Assembly: GCA_045047305.1 (NCBI GenBank)
Contig: JASFYO010000003.1
Span: 96,073-160,072 of the forward strand
Length of the DNA: 64,000 nucleotides
Direction: 5' to 3'
From: Planctomycetota bacterium
GTDB taxonomy: Bacteria; Planctomycetota; UBA1135
Position 1 is the first letter of the stretch; each line of letters begins with the position of its first letter. Both the position numbers and the translations under genes were made by a program. Shown here in pieces: positions 38,463 to 48,408 of the stretch. The notes under the pieces are model-generated. The model ran no database searches. It worked only from the letters and a program-made list of their open reading frames with translations, and was not told where the DNA came from.

Positions 38463-39058
38463 CCGATTTCGGCCTCGGCATGTAGGCAAGTGATGGCTAA
38501 ATCACGCTCTTCTTGATTCAGCCACTCGACACAAACTAAATCGGCGCACAGAGTTTCTAAACTCACACTATGACGCAGACAAGCACGCATGTGGGAGCGG
38601 GCTTGTTGCCAACAACCGGTGGCGACCAAGGCCATCACACTTAGGCGTTCTCGTTCTTCTAGACTTAAACTCGTGGTTGCGAAGGTGGTGCCATAGGCGT
38701 GTCGTAAAACCCAGGCGCGAAACTGTGGGTCGACACGTTCTAAATGATGCAACACCGGGTCGGCATCGCGACCGTAAACCTCGCGGAAGATTGCTTCGCC
38801 TTTGGCCAGAGGGTGGTCATCGATCACCACTTCGCTTGGCGTGGAAGCCATACCTAAGGATTGAGAGATCAAGGTGAGTGCTCGCACGATGCGGGGAAAG
38901 CCATAAAACAAGTGGCAGGTGCGCAATAAATCTTGCAGTGCCTCACGTTGGGAGGCGTCGTGCTGCACAAAATCCTCTGCAGCAGCAATCAAGTCTACGT
39001 CATGGCCACGGTGCAGGGCTGAAACCACGCGAAACATAGCAGGGAGGCGTTCGGTCAT
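38459..39058 (-). CDS. Carboxymuconolactone decarboxylase-like protein
   Basis: YGFPR, GEAIFREVYG, HAYG and LSLEERE..HMRACL. Confidence 0.7.
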   Translation of the reverse strand: MTERLPAMFRVVSALHRGHDVDLIAAAEDFVQHDASQREALQDLLRTCHLFYGFPRIVRALTLISQSLGMASTPSEVVIDDHPLAKGEAIFREVYGRDADPVLHHLERVDPQFRAWVLRHAYGTTFATTSLSLEERERLSVMALVATGCWQQARSHMRACLRHSVSLETLCADLVCVEWLNQEERDLAITCLHAEAEIG

Positions 39059-39918
39059 TGGGGTTGCGGATCGCGGGTGGTTTCGGGGCCTTGGGGTGTG
39101 GCTAGCAGTGGTGTGCGTGCGAGGGTTTGGCCATCGAGTTCGGCGAGGGAGCGTAATCCTGGAGGCGCAAAGACCACCACTGTGGAACCAAACTCAAAGC
39201 GTCCCATTTCGTCACCAGCGTTAAGTGGGTGCGCCGGGTCATAGGTGCGTGAAGTACGCACCCACGGGCCTTGGCCGAGGGTGGTGTCGAAGGGGAAGGA
39301 CATGCCACCTACATTCAATGCGCCAACGTAGAGCAGGGCAAAGGGGGTGCCATCGGCCGTGCGGCAGTGCAGGAGAATGCGGCGGTTGGTGACCAGGACC
39401 CGCATGGAGCGACGGATGAGGGTTGGATCCACTGGCTGCAAATCTCCAGGCTCCACTACCGCGCGCAGAATGTGTAAATCGCAGGGAGCGTGGAAGCGGT
39501 GGTAATCCTTCGGCGAAAGGTAGATTTGAAGAGCTTGGTAGCCGAGTAATCCATCAAGGTCTCCGTCGGGCAGTAGTTCTGCGGTGGAATAAGGTGTGCC
39601 TTTGATGACCCAGCTGCCTTCTGCCGTCACCGTGGAATGTGCGACTAGGCGGCCGTCGGCAGGGGAAAGCCAAGCGGATGTTTCTGCAAGGGGGCGCGAT
39701 CCTGGGGGCAAAGGCCGCGTAAATAGGGCCAAGAAGTTGGGATAGTCGCGCAGGTCTCCAGGCACGCTAGCGGCATCGATACCCAGTCGCTTGGCGACAA
39801 AGGCCCAAACCGAAGGGCGCAAGGGCCGGGGAATCGGAGCACGCGCGAGCCTACCCATGAGGGTCGACAAGCTGAGGCGGGGTACCCCGGGCAAGGTGAA
39901 GAAGAAGCGAGAATCCAC
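39055..39918 (-). CDS. psd: Phosphatidylserine decarboxylase proenzyme; start uncertain
   Basis: FTRPL, SPADG, IKG, IYLSPKDYHRFHAP, VGALNVG and FGST self-cleavage motif. Confidence 0.9.
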   Translation of the reverse strand: MDSRFFFTLPGVPRLSLSTLMGRLARAPIPRPLRPSVWAFVAKRLGIDAASVPGDLRDYPNFLALFTRPLPPGSRPLAETSAWLSPADGRLVAHSTVTAEGSWVIKGTPYSTAELLPDGDLDGLLGYQALQIYLSPKDYHRFHAPCDLHILRAVVEPGDLQPVDPTLIRRSMRVLVTNRRILLHCRTADGTPFALLYVGALNVGGMSFPFDTTLGQGPWVRTSRTYDPAHPLNAGDEMGRFEFGSTVVVFAPPGLRSLAELDGQTLARTPLLATPQGPETTRDPQPQ

Positions 39919-39983
39919 GGCCGGTTTTGGTCGGTCAGCACACAGTGTAAAGGGTTGCAGGGAGATATACTTTGCGACGCGCC

Positions 39984-41240
39984 ATGGCTCCATCTCTCCA
40001 TGTCCTCATCCTCGCCGGCGGTGAATCTTCCCGCTTGCGCACTGGCGGCCCCAAAGCCCTACTCGAACTCAGCGGACGCCCGCTGTTGGAGCATATTTTT
40101 GCTGCAACGGATGGTCTTGAAGTTGCTTCGCGGGTCTTGGTGCTTGGCCCCAAACACCGTGTACCGATTGAAAAGTGGTTGCACAAAGCTGGGCACGCTA
40201 GCTGGCAGGTGGTCATCCAAGAAGTGGCGCGCGGAACTGGCGATGCCGTTTCCTGCGCACTGGAGGTGCTGCCAGAAGAAGGCCGCTTGCTGGTGCTTTG
40301 TGGCGACACTCCATTGCTACAAGCCGACACCTTAGAGCTGCTGGTGGAGCAGGGTAATGCCATGCTGACTGCCGTGGTGCCCGACCCGTTTGGGCTCGGC
40401 CGCATCGTACGCGATGAAGAAGGTGCGTTGGTCGGCATCATTGAGCAGGCCGACGCCGATGACGCGCAGCAGGAGATTGATGAAATCAACTCCGGGGTTT
40501 TTGTGCTCGATATCAAAGCTTTGCGCGAAGCTCTTGCTGGCGTTGGCTCCGATAATGCGCAGGGTGAAATCTACCTCACCGATGCTGCAGTCAAAGTGCT
40601 CAAGGCGACCACGGGTGCAACCGTGTGCCTAGAGGAGGACTGGGAGCAGACCATGGGCATCAACGACTTGCATGAATTTGCACAAGCCAACCTCTTGATG
40701 CGCGAGCGTGTCCTCAGTGAGCACATGGGGAATGGAGTGATTCTGGATGATCCATCGAGCACTCATATCGAGACTGGAGTGGAGATCGGACCCGGTACGC
40801 ACATTCACCCATTCTGTGTGATACGCCGTGGCGTTTCGATTGGCAAAGGCTGCAGCGTGGGCCCATTTGCCTATTTACGTCCAGGCACGCGCATGGACGA
40901 CGGCTCCGTTTTGGGCGATTTTGTAGAAGCGAAAAATGCTCATATTGGTGCTGGAGCGAAAGCCAAACACTTGAGTTATCTCGGCGACGTCACCATCGGC
41001 GCGCATGCCAACATCGGTTGCGGAACCATCACCGCAAACTACGACGGAAAGAATAAGCACCAATCCACGATTGGTGAGCGCGCTTTTATCGGTTCTGGAA
41101 CTGTCCTGGTTTCGCCGGTGAAGATTGGCGCTGACGCCACCACTGGTGCGGGTTCCGTCGTCACATCCAATCATGACGTACCGGAAGGAACCACCGTGGT
41201 TGGTGTTCCTGCCAAGCCCTTCCCTTCTTCCAAGTCTTGA
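39984..41240 (+). CDS. glmU: Bifunctional UDP-GlcNAc pyrophosphorylase/GlcN-1-P acetyltransferase
   Basis: ILAGG..PKAL, GTGDAV, GDTPL, NAQGEIYLTD, HLSYLGD and NYDGKNKH. Confidence 0.93.
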   Translation: MAPSLHVLILAGGESSRLRTGGPKALLELSGRPLLEHIFAATDGLEVASRVLVLGPKHRVPIEKWLHKAGHASWQVVIQEVARGTGDAVSCALEVLPEEGRLLVLCGDTPLLQADTLELLVEQGNAMLTAVVPDPFGLGRIVRDEEGALVGIIEQADADDAQQEIDEINSGVFVLDIKALREALAGVGSDNAQGEIYLTDAAVKVLKATTGATVCLEEDWEQTMGINDLHEFAQANLLMRERVLSEHMGNGVILDDPSSTHIETGVEIGPGTHIHPFCVIRRGVSIGKGCSVGPFAYLRPGTRMDDGSVLGDFVEAKNAHIGAGAKAKHLSYLGDVTIGAHANIGCGTITANYDGKNKHQSTIGERAFIGSGTVLVSPVKIGADATTGAGSVVTSNHDVPEGTTVVGVPAKPFPSSKS

Positions 41241-41241
41241 A

Positions 41242-42201
41242 ATGAGCTACAAGGATTCCCGTTTAAAACTAATCAGTGGTAGTGCCCATCCGGAGCTTGC
41301 TGCTGAAATTGCAAGTTTTCTAGATGTACCCATGACCTCTGCGTCGATTGGTCGTTTCCCGGATGGTGAAATCGACATCAAGTTGCATGAAGACATGCGC
41401 GGTTCTGATGTCTTCATCGTGCAACCCACCGGCCCTCCAGTGAACGAAAACATTGTTGAGCTCCTGCTTATCGTGGATACTTTGCGTCGCGCTTCGGCGG
41501 GGCGCATCACTGCGGTGATGCCATATTTCGGTTATGCGCGTAAGGATCGCAAGGATGAAGGGCGGGTTCCGATCTCGGCTAAGGTGATGGCCAACATTTT
41601 GGTGACTTCAGGCGTGGATCGGGTACTGACCATCGATTTGCACGCTCAGCAGATTCAGGGATTTTTCGACATCCCGGTGGACCACCTATGGGCTAGAAAG
41701 CCGCTTGAGGATGTAATCCTCGCCATGGATTTGGATAATCTGGTGGTTTGCGCCCCCGATGTTGGAGGGGTGAAGCTGGCGCGAGCCTGGGCGACATCTC
41801 TGCAGGTCCCACTCGCCATCGTCGATAAACGCCGTATTTCTGGCGAAAAAGTGGTGATGGAGAATGTAATTGGTGATGTGGATGGCTGCAACGTCCTCCT
41901 AACCGATGACATGATTTCCACCGCAGGCACGATTACCGAGGCTGCACGCATTCTGCAGGCCAAAGGAGCCCAGCGCGTGGTCATCGCCGTGACCCATGCT
42001 GTGCTGTGTGGGCCAGCAATTGAAAGGTTGCAGAATTGTGTGGCCGAAAAGGTGCTGGTTTCTAATACAATAGCCCTCCGTGGTGACCTGCCCGACAGCC
42101 TAGAAGTGGTTTCGGTAGCACCCTTGTTGGCCCGTGCCATTACTCGGATTCACCGAGAAGAGTCGGTCAGCGCCCTGTTTAACGAAGTAAAGAAAGCCTG
42201 A
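41242..42201 (+). CDS. prs: Ribose-phosphate pyrophosphokinase
   Basis: FPDGE, PYFGYARKDRK, DLHAQQIQGFF, PDVGG and DDMISTAGT. Confidence 0.95.
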   Translation: MSYKDSRLKLISGSAHPELAAEIASFLDVPMTSASIGRFPDGEIDIKLHEDMRGSDVFIVQPTGPPVNENIVELLLIVDTLRRASAGRITAVMPYFGYARKDRKDEGRVPISAKVMANILVTSGVDRVLTIDLHAQQIQGFFDIPVDHLWARKPLEDVILAMDLDNLVVCAPDVGGVKLARAWATSLQVPLAIVDKRRISGEKVVMENVIGDVDGCNVLLTDDMISTAGTITEAARILQAKGAQRVVIAVTHAVLCGPAIERLQNCVAEKVLVSNTIALRGDLPDSLEVVSVAPLLARAITRIHREESVSALFNEVKKA

Positions 42202-42217
42202 AATTAGGCACAAATCG

Positions 42218-42568
42218 ATGGATACCTTCAGCTTGAAGACCGCTGCTCGCACCGAATTCGGTGGCAAGCAAGCCTCACAATTACGCAATTCCGGTCGTTA
42301 TCCAGCCACTTTGGTTGGAAGCGGTCAGCCTACGGTTCAGTTCAGTGTCGACGCTGCTGAATTCGATGGCGCCGTTCGCATTAGCGCCCGCAGCTACGAC
42401 CTAGCTCTCGATGGAGGCGCCGAAAAGGCTGCCATCCAAGAGGTCCAGTTCGACCCCATGGGTGACAAGATCATGCAAATCGACTTTATCCGCGATGCGG
42501 ATGGAGCTCACGCTGTTGCTCGCGCCACCCATTTTGGTGACAAGGGCTACGAAACCGACGAGGACTAG
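42218..42568 (+). CDS. rplY: 50S ribosomal protein bL25, short form
   Basis: R..GGKQASQLR..GRYPA and IQEVQFDP..IDF; prs-rplY-pth synteny. Confidence 0.85.
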   Translation: MDTFSLKTAARTEFGGKQASQLRNSGRYPATLVGSGQPTVQFSVDAAEFDGAVRISARSYDLALDGGAEKAAIQEVQFDPMGDKIMQIDFIRDADGAHAVARATHFGDKGYETDED

Positions 42569-42619
42569 TTCTTCGCTAGTTTTGCGAGAGCTTGATTGCC
42601 GGAATTTGACCGCAGCCCT

Positions 42620-43234
42620 ATGATTTCTGGCCGCCAAGAAGGGGATGAGCCTGTCTCGGACCCATGGCGTTTAGTCTTCGGACTCGGCAATCCCGGTGTG
42701 GAGTACCAATCCACTCGGCATAACGTCGGTTTCGATGCTCTCGATCTCTGTGTTTCGCGCTTCCAGTTGGACTGGAAAAGTGAGAAGCACGCCATGTTTG
42801 CAGAGGTGCCCGATTTTCGGTGCACTCTGGTCAAGCCACTCACCTTCATGAATCGAAGTGGTGTTGCCTTGCGTCAAATGTGGCTCCACTATGGGTTGGA
42901 AGAGGCCACCTCGATCTTTGTCGTCACCGACGATTTCCATTTGCCACTCGGCGGCATGCGCATTCGTGCGCAAGGCGCTACCGGAGGGCATAACGGGCTT
43001 GCATCGATGGAAGATGTGCTTGGTTGTCAGGAATACCCACGCCTACGCATTGGCGTAGGGAACCCCGGCAACAACTCCGTGGATTTCGTACTCGACACCT
43101 TCTCGAAGGCTGAAGGGCCCATCATCGAAGAAACTTTGATGACGGCTTCTTGGGCAGTCGAGGACTGGGTGAAGGAGATTCCACTTGAGGATCTTCAAGC
43201 CCGTTACAACCGCCGTAAGCCACAGGCGGAATAA
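42620..43234 (+). CDS. pth: Peptidyl-tRNA hydrolase
   Basis: GLGNPG..TRHNVGF, KPLTFMNRSG, GGHNGL and RLRIGVG. Confidence 0.95.
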   Translation: MISGRQEGDEPVSDPWRLVFGLGNPGVEYQSTRHNVGFDALDLCVSRFQLDWKSEKHAMFAEVPDFRCTLVKPLTFMNRSGVALRQMWLHYGLEEATSIFVVTDDFHLPLGGMRIRAQGATGGHNGLASMEDVLGCQEYPRLRIGVGNPGNNSVDFVLDTFSKAEGPIIEETLMTASWAVEDWVKEIPLEDLQARYNRRKPQAE

Positions 43235-43257
43235 ACCGGTAGGACCGGAATGGCATC

Positions 43258-43779
43258 ATGACTGAACACAAACACATCTACCAAGCGATGTTCCTGCTCG
43301 ACAACGAGGAGGTCCGCAAGGGTTTCAACGCATCGCGCGATTGGATTAAATCCACGCTCGAGAAGCACGGCCTCGAGGTCAAAGTGCTGCGTCTTTGGGG
43401 TGAGCGTCAGCTCGCTTACACCATCGGAAAGCGCAAGCGCGCCACCTACCTTCTGGGTTGGTTGGAAGGCTCTGGTGATATGGTCAATGAAGTGAAGCGC
43501 GAGCTTTACCTTCTCGGCCCTGCATTCCGTTGCTTATTCCTGCAAGAAGACGAGATCCCTGCTGAGGAGCTCGCTTACGGCATTGAAGCCATGGACGATT
43601 CCGCGGTCATCATTCCTGAAGAAATCGAGGAACCTGATTTTGAGGAACCATACGAGGAACCGGAAGAAGATCAGCGCGCCGACGATAAGAAGAAGGAAGA
43701 TAAGGCTGATGAGCCTTCCGACTCGGAAAAGAAAGAAGATTCTGCAGAGAAGCCTGAGGAGGTGAAGAGCGATGGCTAG
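43258..43779 (+). CDS. rpsF: 30S ribosomal protein bS6 with long acidic tail
   Basis: [17 protein letters not shown] and ATYLL; synteny. Confidence 0.9.
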   Translation: MTEHKHIYQAMFLLDNEEVRKGFNASRDWIKSTLEKHGLEVKVLRLWGERQLAYTIGKRKRATYLLGWLEGSGDMVNEVKRELYLLGPAFRCLFLQEDEIPAEELAYGIEAMDDSAVIIPEEIEEPDFEEPYEEPEEDQRADDKKKEDKADEPSDSEKKEDSAEKPEEVKSDG

Positions 43780-43954
43780 TAAGAAAAACCGTACCTTCGA
43801 TTACAAAGATATCGAAGACCTGCAGGTCTACATGACCGCCCAGGGCAAAATCCACCCGGCGAAGCGCACTGGCCTTTCGGGGCGTGAGCAGCGTCGTTTG
43901 AAGCGCGCGATTAAGTACGCACGCCTCATGTCCCTTATCCCTTACGTTTCTTAA
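43772..43954 (+). CDS. rpsR: 30S ribosomal protein bS18
   Basis: [26 protein letters not shown]. Confidence 0.92.
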   Translation: MASKKNRTFDYKDIEDLQVYMTAQGKIHPAKRTGLSGREQRRLKRAIKYARLMSLIPYVS

Positions 43955-43958
43955 GGCC

Positions 43959-44492
43959 ATGAAGATTAAGCTAATCTTGCGTGTGGACCACCCGGTCCTC
44001 GGGCACACCGGCGACGTCATTGAGGTCGCGTCTGGGTTCGCTCGTAACCACCTAATCCCATTGAAGCTGGCCGACAAATACTCGGACGACGCCATGCGCC
44101 GTATCGAGAAGAAGAAGGTAGCTGCGGAAGCAAATCGTGCTGAAATGTTGAAGGACATGGAAGCCCTTGCCAAGCGTTTGCAAAGTGTGGAACTAAACTT
44201 CATCGAGAACGTTTCGGCGGCTGGCCACCTTTACGGTGCAGTCACTGCCAAGCGTATCGCGGAAGAAATCGCTGCAGCTGGAATCGAAATCCCAGAAGCT
44301 CACGTACGTTTGGCCGAGCCTATCCGCACGGTTGGAGAGTACGCAGTTCCTATTCACGTTCACTCTGAGATCAACGCCTCGGTGACGGTCTGGGTTGTGG
44401 CTAAGGAAGAACCTAAGCCTGAGGACGAAGGTGAAGAAAGCGAAAGCGAAGAGTCTGCAGATGCCGGTGCTGAGGCACCAGCTGAAGCCTAA
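43959..44492 (+). CDS. rplI: 50S ribosomal protein bL9
   Basis: LGHTGDVIEVASGFARNHLIP, LYGAVT and PIRTVG. Confidence 0.93.
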   Translation: MKIKLILRVDHPVLGHTGDVIEVASGFARNHLIPLKLADKYSDDAMRRIEKKKVAAEANRAEMLKDMEALAKRLQSVELNFIENVSAAGHLYGAVTAKRIAEEIAAAGIEIPEAHVRLAEPIRTVGEYAVPIHVHSEINASVTVWVVAKEEPKPEDEGEESESEESADAGAEAPAEA

Positions 44493-44509
44493 TCGGGCCA
44501 TTCTCGACG

Positions 44510-44533
44510 GCCTGAGACAATCCTGTCTCGGGC
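44510..44533 (+). terminator. Hairpin after rplI (weak terminator or stabilising stem)
   Basis: GCCTGAGACA-ATCC-TGTCTCGGGC; no clear U-tract. Confidence 0.45.
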
Positions 44534-44559
44534 TGTCTGCGCCTGTATCCTGAGAGGCT

Positions 44560-45921
44560 ATGTCCGCCTCCGGCATCCCCGAGAAACTGCCTTTTGACCT
44601 AGACACTGAAAAATGTGTCCTGGGCAGCATCCTGCGTGACCCGCGTTGTTTCCCCGAGGTCGCAGCGCATGTAAAGGCGGATGATTTCTACAACCCACGG
44701 CACCGTGAGTTGTTCATGCTTTTGGAGGCCATGGAGCAGCGCAGCCCCGGGCACTGCGATGCGGTTTCTGTTGCCCATGAACAAGATCGGGTTAAGAAGG
44801 CCGATGAATTAGGGGGACCGGGTTTTTTGAAGGAGTTAATGTCGGCGGTACCGTCGATTGCTTTTCTCGAAAACCACATCCGTATCGTGCGCGACTTGTC
44901 GGTGCGGCGCGGATTGATTGCAGCTGCGAACACCATTGAACGCAGTGTCTACGATGAAACGGTAGATGATGTCGACGACCTCGTCAGTGAAGCCGAGAAA
45001 ACGGTGTTCCGGGTTGGCGACCGCTTGGTTGGCAACGAAATAATTACTGCACGGGAACTGGTCGATCGCAATTTGGATCGCTTGCTGAGTCCAGATGGTG
45101 AGCCACAAGGCTTGGAAACTTCCTACATCGATCTCGACGAAAAACAGGGCTTCCGCCCCGGAGACTTGTTGGTGCTTGCTGCGCGCCCTGGCATGGGCAA
45201 GACCGCATTCGCCTTGAACATATTGGAACGTGTTGCGCTGAAGGCGAAGCGTGCCGTGCTAATGTTCTCCCTGGAAATGCCTGGCGACCAGTTAATCACC
45301 CGATTACTGTCGTCACATGCTCGTATTGCACACGATAGTTTGCGCCGTGGCCGGTTGACAGCAGAAGACCGTCGCAGGCTTACTCACGCCGGAAGCGCGT
45401 TTCGCAACGCACGAATTTTCATTGATGACAGCTCGCAGCCGAGTCTTGCACAAATTCGCGCTAAAGCGCGGCGCTTAAAGCGAGATGGCACCTTGGACCT
45501 CATCATCATTGACTACCTGCAATTGCTTGGCGCTAAGGCGGAGAGTCGGCAAAACGAAATCTCCTTGATTTCACGAACCTTGAAGGCCATCGCGCGCGAC
45601 TTGAAGGTTCCTGTTTTGGCACTCGCTCAACTAAACCGTAAGGCAGAAGAGCGTTCGGATCACAAACCGATGCTCTCCGACTTGCGTGAATCTGGAGCGA
45701 TTGAGCAGGATGCCGACATGGTGATGTTGCTGATGCGCGAAGATTATTACGAAGAAACCGACGACAACCGCGATAAGGCCAGCATTTCCATTGCCAAAAA
45801 CAGGCATGGTTCCACTGGTGAATTTAGTTTGCGCTTTACCAAGAAGTACATGCGCTTTGAGAACTTTGTTCAAGCCGCCGAAGGCATCCCCGCAGCTCCA
45901 ACTGCACCCGCATTCGAGTAA
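44560..45921 (+). CDS. dnaB: Replicative DNA helicase (no intein)
   Basis: AARPGMGKT, FSLEM, IDYLQL, AQLNR, SDLRESGAIEQDAD and KNRHG. Confidence 0.96.
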   Translation: MSASGIPEKLPFDLDTEKCVLGSILRDPRCFPEVAAHVKADDFYNPRHRELFMLLEAMEQRSPGHCDAVSVAHEQDRVKKADELGGPGFLKELMSAVPSIAFLENHIRIVRDLSVRRGLIAAANTIERSVYDETVDDVDDLVSEAEKTVFRVGDRLVGNEIITARELVDRNLDRLLSPDGEPQGLETSYIDLDEKQGFRPGDLLVLAARPGMGKTAFALNILERVALKAKRAVLMFSLEMPGDQLITRLLSSHARIAHDSLRRGRLTAEDRRRLTHAGSAFRNARIFIDDSSQPSLAQIRAKARRLKRDGTLDLIIIDYLQLLGAKAESRQNEISLISRTLKAIARDLKVPVLALAQLNRKAEERSDHKPMLSDLRESGAIEQDADMVMLLMREDYYEETDDNRDKASISIAKNRHGSTGEFSLRFTKKYMRFENFVQAAEGIPAAPTAPAFE

Positions 45922-48404
45922 TGCCCCGCATTCTTACCATCACACTTTCGTGGCTCCTCGTGTATTGCGTGGGCGCCGTGCCGCTGTCATCTGCTGAGAT
46001 TCAACAGCAGGAAAGCATTGTTGAAGATATCGTCATTGAGGGTGCGCCTGGACGAGAAGCCGAGATCATCGCCTCGATTCAGCAGCAAATTGGCTCCCCT
46101 TTGAACCAACTCGGTCTAACCCGCAGCCAGCAATGGTTGTGGAAGTACAAACGCGTGCGGGTGGATTCGATTGAACGTCAGTTGGGGTCTAGTGAGAACG
46201 CCATTATCTTGGTGTTCCATGTCACGCCTCTCGATACTTGGCGTCGTGCCGCATTTGTTGGCAATGTTGAATTTGATCGTGCGGAATTGGAGCTTTGGGG
46301 CGGCTTGTTCGGCCAATCTCTAGATTCCAGTTCGGTAGAAGTCATTCGTGGTCGTTTGCTTGATCGGTATCGTCAAGAAGGCTATGCCCACGTTGAGATT
46401 ACCCCAGAAGAAGGCGCCTCGGATGAAATCATTTTCCATATCGAGGAGGGGCCAGAGGTCACCATTGAAGATGTGATTTTCGTTGGCAACGAAGCGATTG
46501 CTGGTGGCGCTTGGTACACGCCGGGATTGGATATTTACGAAAACCTAAAGGGTTCCACCGGTGGTCTCTTTGGTGGGGCATCCTATAACCCCATGCAAAT
46601 CCAAGAAGATGTAAATGCCATTGCAGCGCTGTACAAGGACTATGGATACTTGGGGGTCGTGGTCACTTCTGACGTCCAATTCGAAGGTAGTAAGAAGAGC
46701 GAAGCCGTCGTCACTTACACCATTACGGAGGGACCGCTATACACAGTGCGTAGCATTGAGATTCGCTCCGGAGATGGCACTGAGTTGCGCTTCCCGGTGG
46801 AGGAGCTCGAAGCTTTACTTGAGCTGAAGCCAGGTCTTCCATTTGAAAAAGCTCGGGTTGAGCGCGACCGCAACAATTTGCAGAAGCATTACAGCGGCAA
46901 AGGTTATCCCAGTTCTGCGCGTGTGCACCGCGCTTCTGGTAGCACCAACTCTTACCTTTCGGTTAGTGGTTCCAATCGGCAGACCCCTGTTGATTCTTTT
47001 ATTGATTCGGAAGAACCGGTTGTGGACCTAGTGTTCCTAATCACGGAAGGCAAGCCGCGCCGTTTGCGCGACATTGTGGTGCGTGGAAACCGGCGCACCC
47101 AAGATCGCGTGATTCGTCGCGATATTCAAGCGGAGCCTGGTGAGCTGGTTGCCGAAGAAGATGCTGTGCGTTCTTATCGCCGCCTGTCTGGGCTGGGATA
47201 CTTTCGCGATGAACACCGCCAGCCTTATGTGAATTGGTTCTGGCAAGATATTGGAGATGATGAATTCCTCGACTTGGTGTTCGAGGTGAAGGACATAGGT
47301 TCCAATAACCGCCTTCGTTTTGGTGGTTCGTGGAACTCTGATAATGGTCCGGCCTTGTTGATTGACCTCACCAAGAGCAATTTCGATATCACGGATACCC
47401 CATCGAGTTTTGGTAGCACACTTGCTGAAATCTGGAATGGCACGGCCTTCACTGGAGCTGGCCAGACACTGAGTTTGTCGCTGCGCCCTGGAACGGTTTT
47501 CTCCTCTTACGCGATTTCCTTCACCGAGCCTGACTTGCTTGCTGAACACATCAACCGTTTGAGCTTGAATGTCACCGGGCGAAAGAATCTGCGCCTCTTC
47601 TCGACTCACGATGAGGAGAGAACACAATACGGGTTCACTCTTGGTCGCCGATTTGGCCGTTACTTCACGGTTTTTGCTGGTCCGGAGGCCCAAAAGGTTA
47701 CCCTGGACGACATCGATCCTGGCGCACCGTCTTCACTCACCGATTTTGCCGGCGACAACCAGTTGAATACACTCACGGTTGGTGCTCGTTACAACACGGT
47801 AGAAGATCCATTTTCGCCAGTGGATGGCATGAACTACGCCTTGTTCCTCAATCAAAGTGGTACCCTTATGGGCGGCGATTGGGACTATCTCAAGGCTACT
47901 CTGAAGACGGAAAATTACTTCCCAGTGTGGGAAGACTCTCTCGGCCGGCCTTGGACTTTCGGCCTCACCGGACGCTTGCGTAAAGCTTGGGTCTCAGGCA
48001 ATCTGACTAGCTTGCCTTATCCTGAAAAGTTTTACCTAGGTGGTCAAAGCAGCGTTCGCGGATTTAACTTCCGTGGCATCGGCGAAGACGGCAGCGGATT
48101 TGCAACCGGTGGCGATGCCTCCTGGGATGCAAGTGCTGAATTGCGTTTCCCATTGGTCTCGAATCGCCAGCGGGGTCTGGTGGAAGAGTTCGAGATGGTG
48201 CGCGGTGGTGTGTTCGTTGATGCCGGATCTTTTGGTGCGGACTTTGGGGGCTTAGTCTCAACTCGTGTTTCGGCAGGACTCGCATTACGCATGCGCTTTG
48301 CTGCTTTACCTACCGCGCCTTTGTCGCTCGATTTCGCCTGGCCTTTAGCTAGCGAGGTTGGCGACGACACCCGCGTCTTCTCCTTCACAATCGGAAACTT
48401 CTAA
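45921..48404 (+). CDS. bamA: Outer membrane protein assembly factor (Omp85)
   Basis: Signal peptide, POTRA repeats (GN.RT.DRVIRR), FYLGG..SVRGF and C-terminal FSFTIGNF. Confidence 0.9.
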   Translation: MPRILTITLSWLLVYCVGAVPLSSAEIQQQESIVEDIVIEGAPGREAEIIASIQQQIGSPLNQLGLTRSQQWLWKYKRVRVDSIERQLGSSENAIILVFHVTPLDTWRRAAFVGNVEFDRAELELWGGLFGQSLDSSSVEVIRGRLLDRYRQEGYAHVEITPEEGASDEIIFHIEEGPEVTIEDVIFVGNEAIAGGAWYTPGLDIYENLKGSTGGLFGGASYNPMQIQEDVNAIAALYKDYGYLGVVVTSDVQFEGSKKSEAVVTYTITEGPLYTVRSIEIRSGDGTELRFPVEELEALLELKPGLPFEKARVERDRNNLQKHYSGKGYPSSARVHRASGSTNSYLSVSGSNRQTPVDSFIDSEEPVVDLVFLITEGKPRRLRDIVVRGNRRTQDRVIRRDIQAEPGELVAEEDAVRSYRRLSGLGYFRDEHRQPYVNWFWQDIGDDEFLDLVFEVKDIGSNNRLRFGGSWNSDNGPALLIDLTKSNFDITDTPSSFGSTLAEIWNGTAFTGAGQTLSLSLRPGTVFSSYAISFTEPDLLAEHINRLSLNVTGRKNLRLFSTHDEERTQYGFTLGRRFGRYFTVFAGPEAQKVTLDDIDPGAPSSLTDFAGDNQLNTLTVGARYNTVEDPFSPVDGMNYALFLNQSGTLMGGDWDYLKATLKTENYFPVWEDSLGRPWTFGLTGRLRKAWVSGNLTSLPYPEKFYLGGQSSVRGFNFRGIGEDGSGFATGGDASWDASAELRFPLVSNRQRGLVEEFEMVRGGVFVDAGSFGADFGGLVSTRVSAGLALRMRFAALPTAPLSLDFAWPLASEVGDDTRVFSFTIGNF

Positions 48405-48408
48405 AACG

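Noticed and set aside
44560..45921. Intein in dnaB
   Set aside because: Normal length (453 aa) with contiguous helicase motifs
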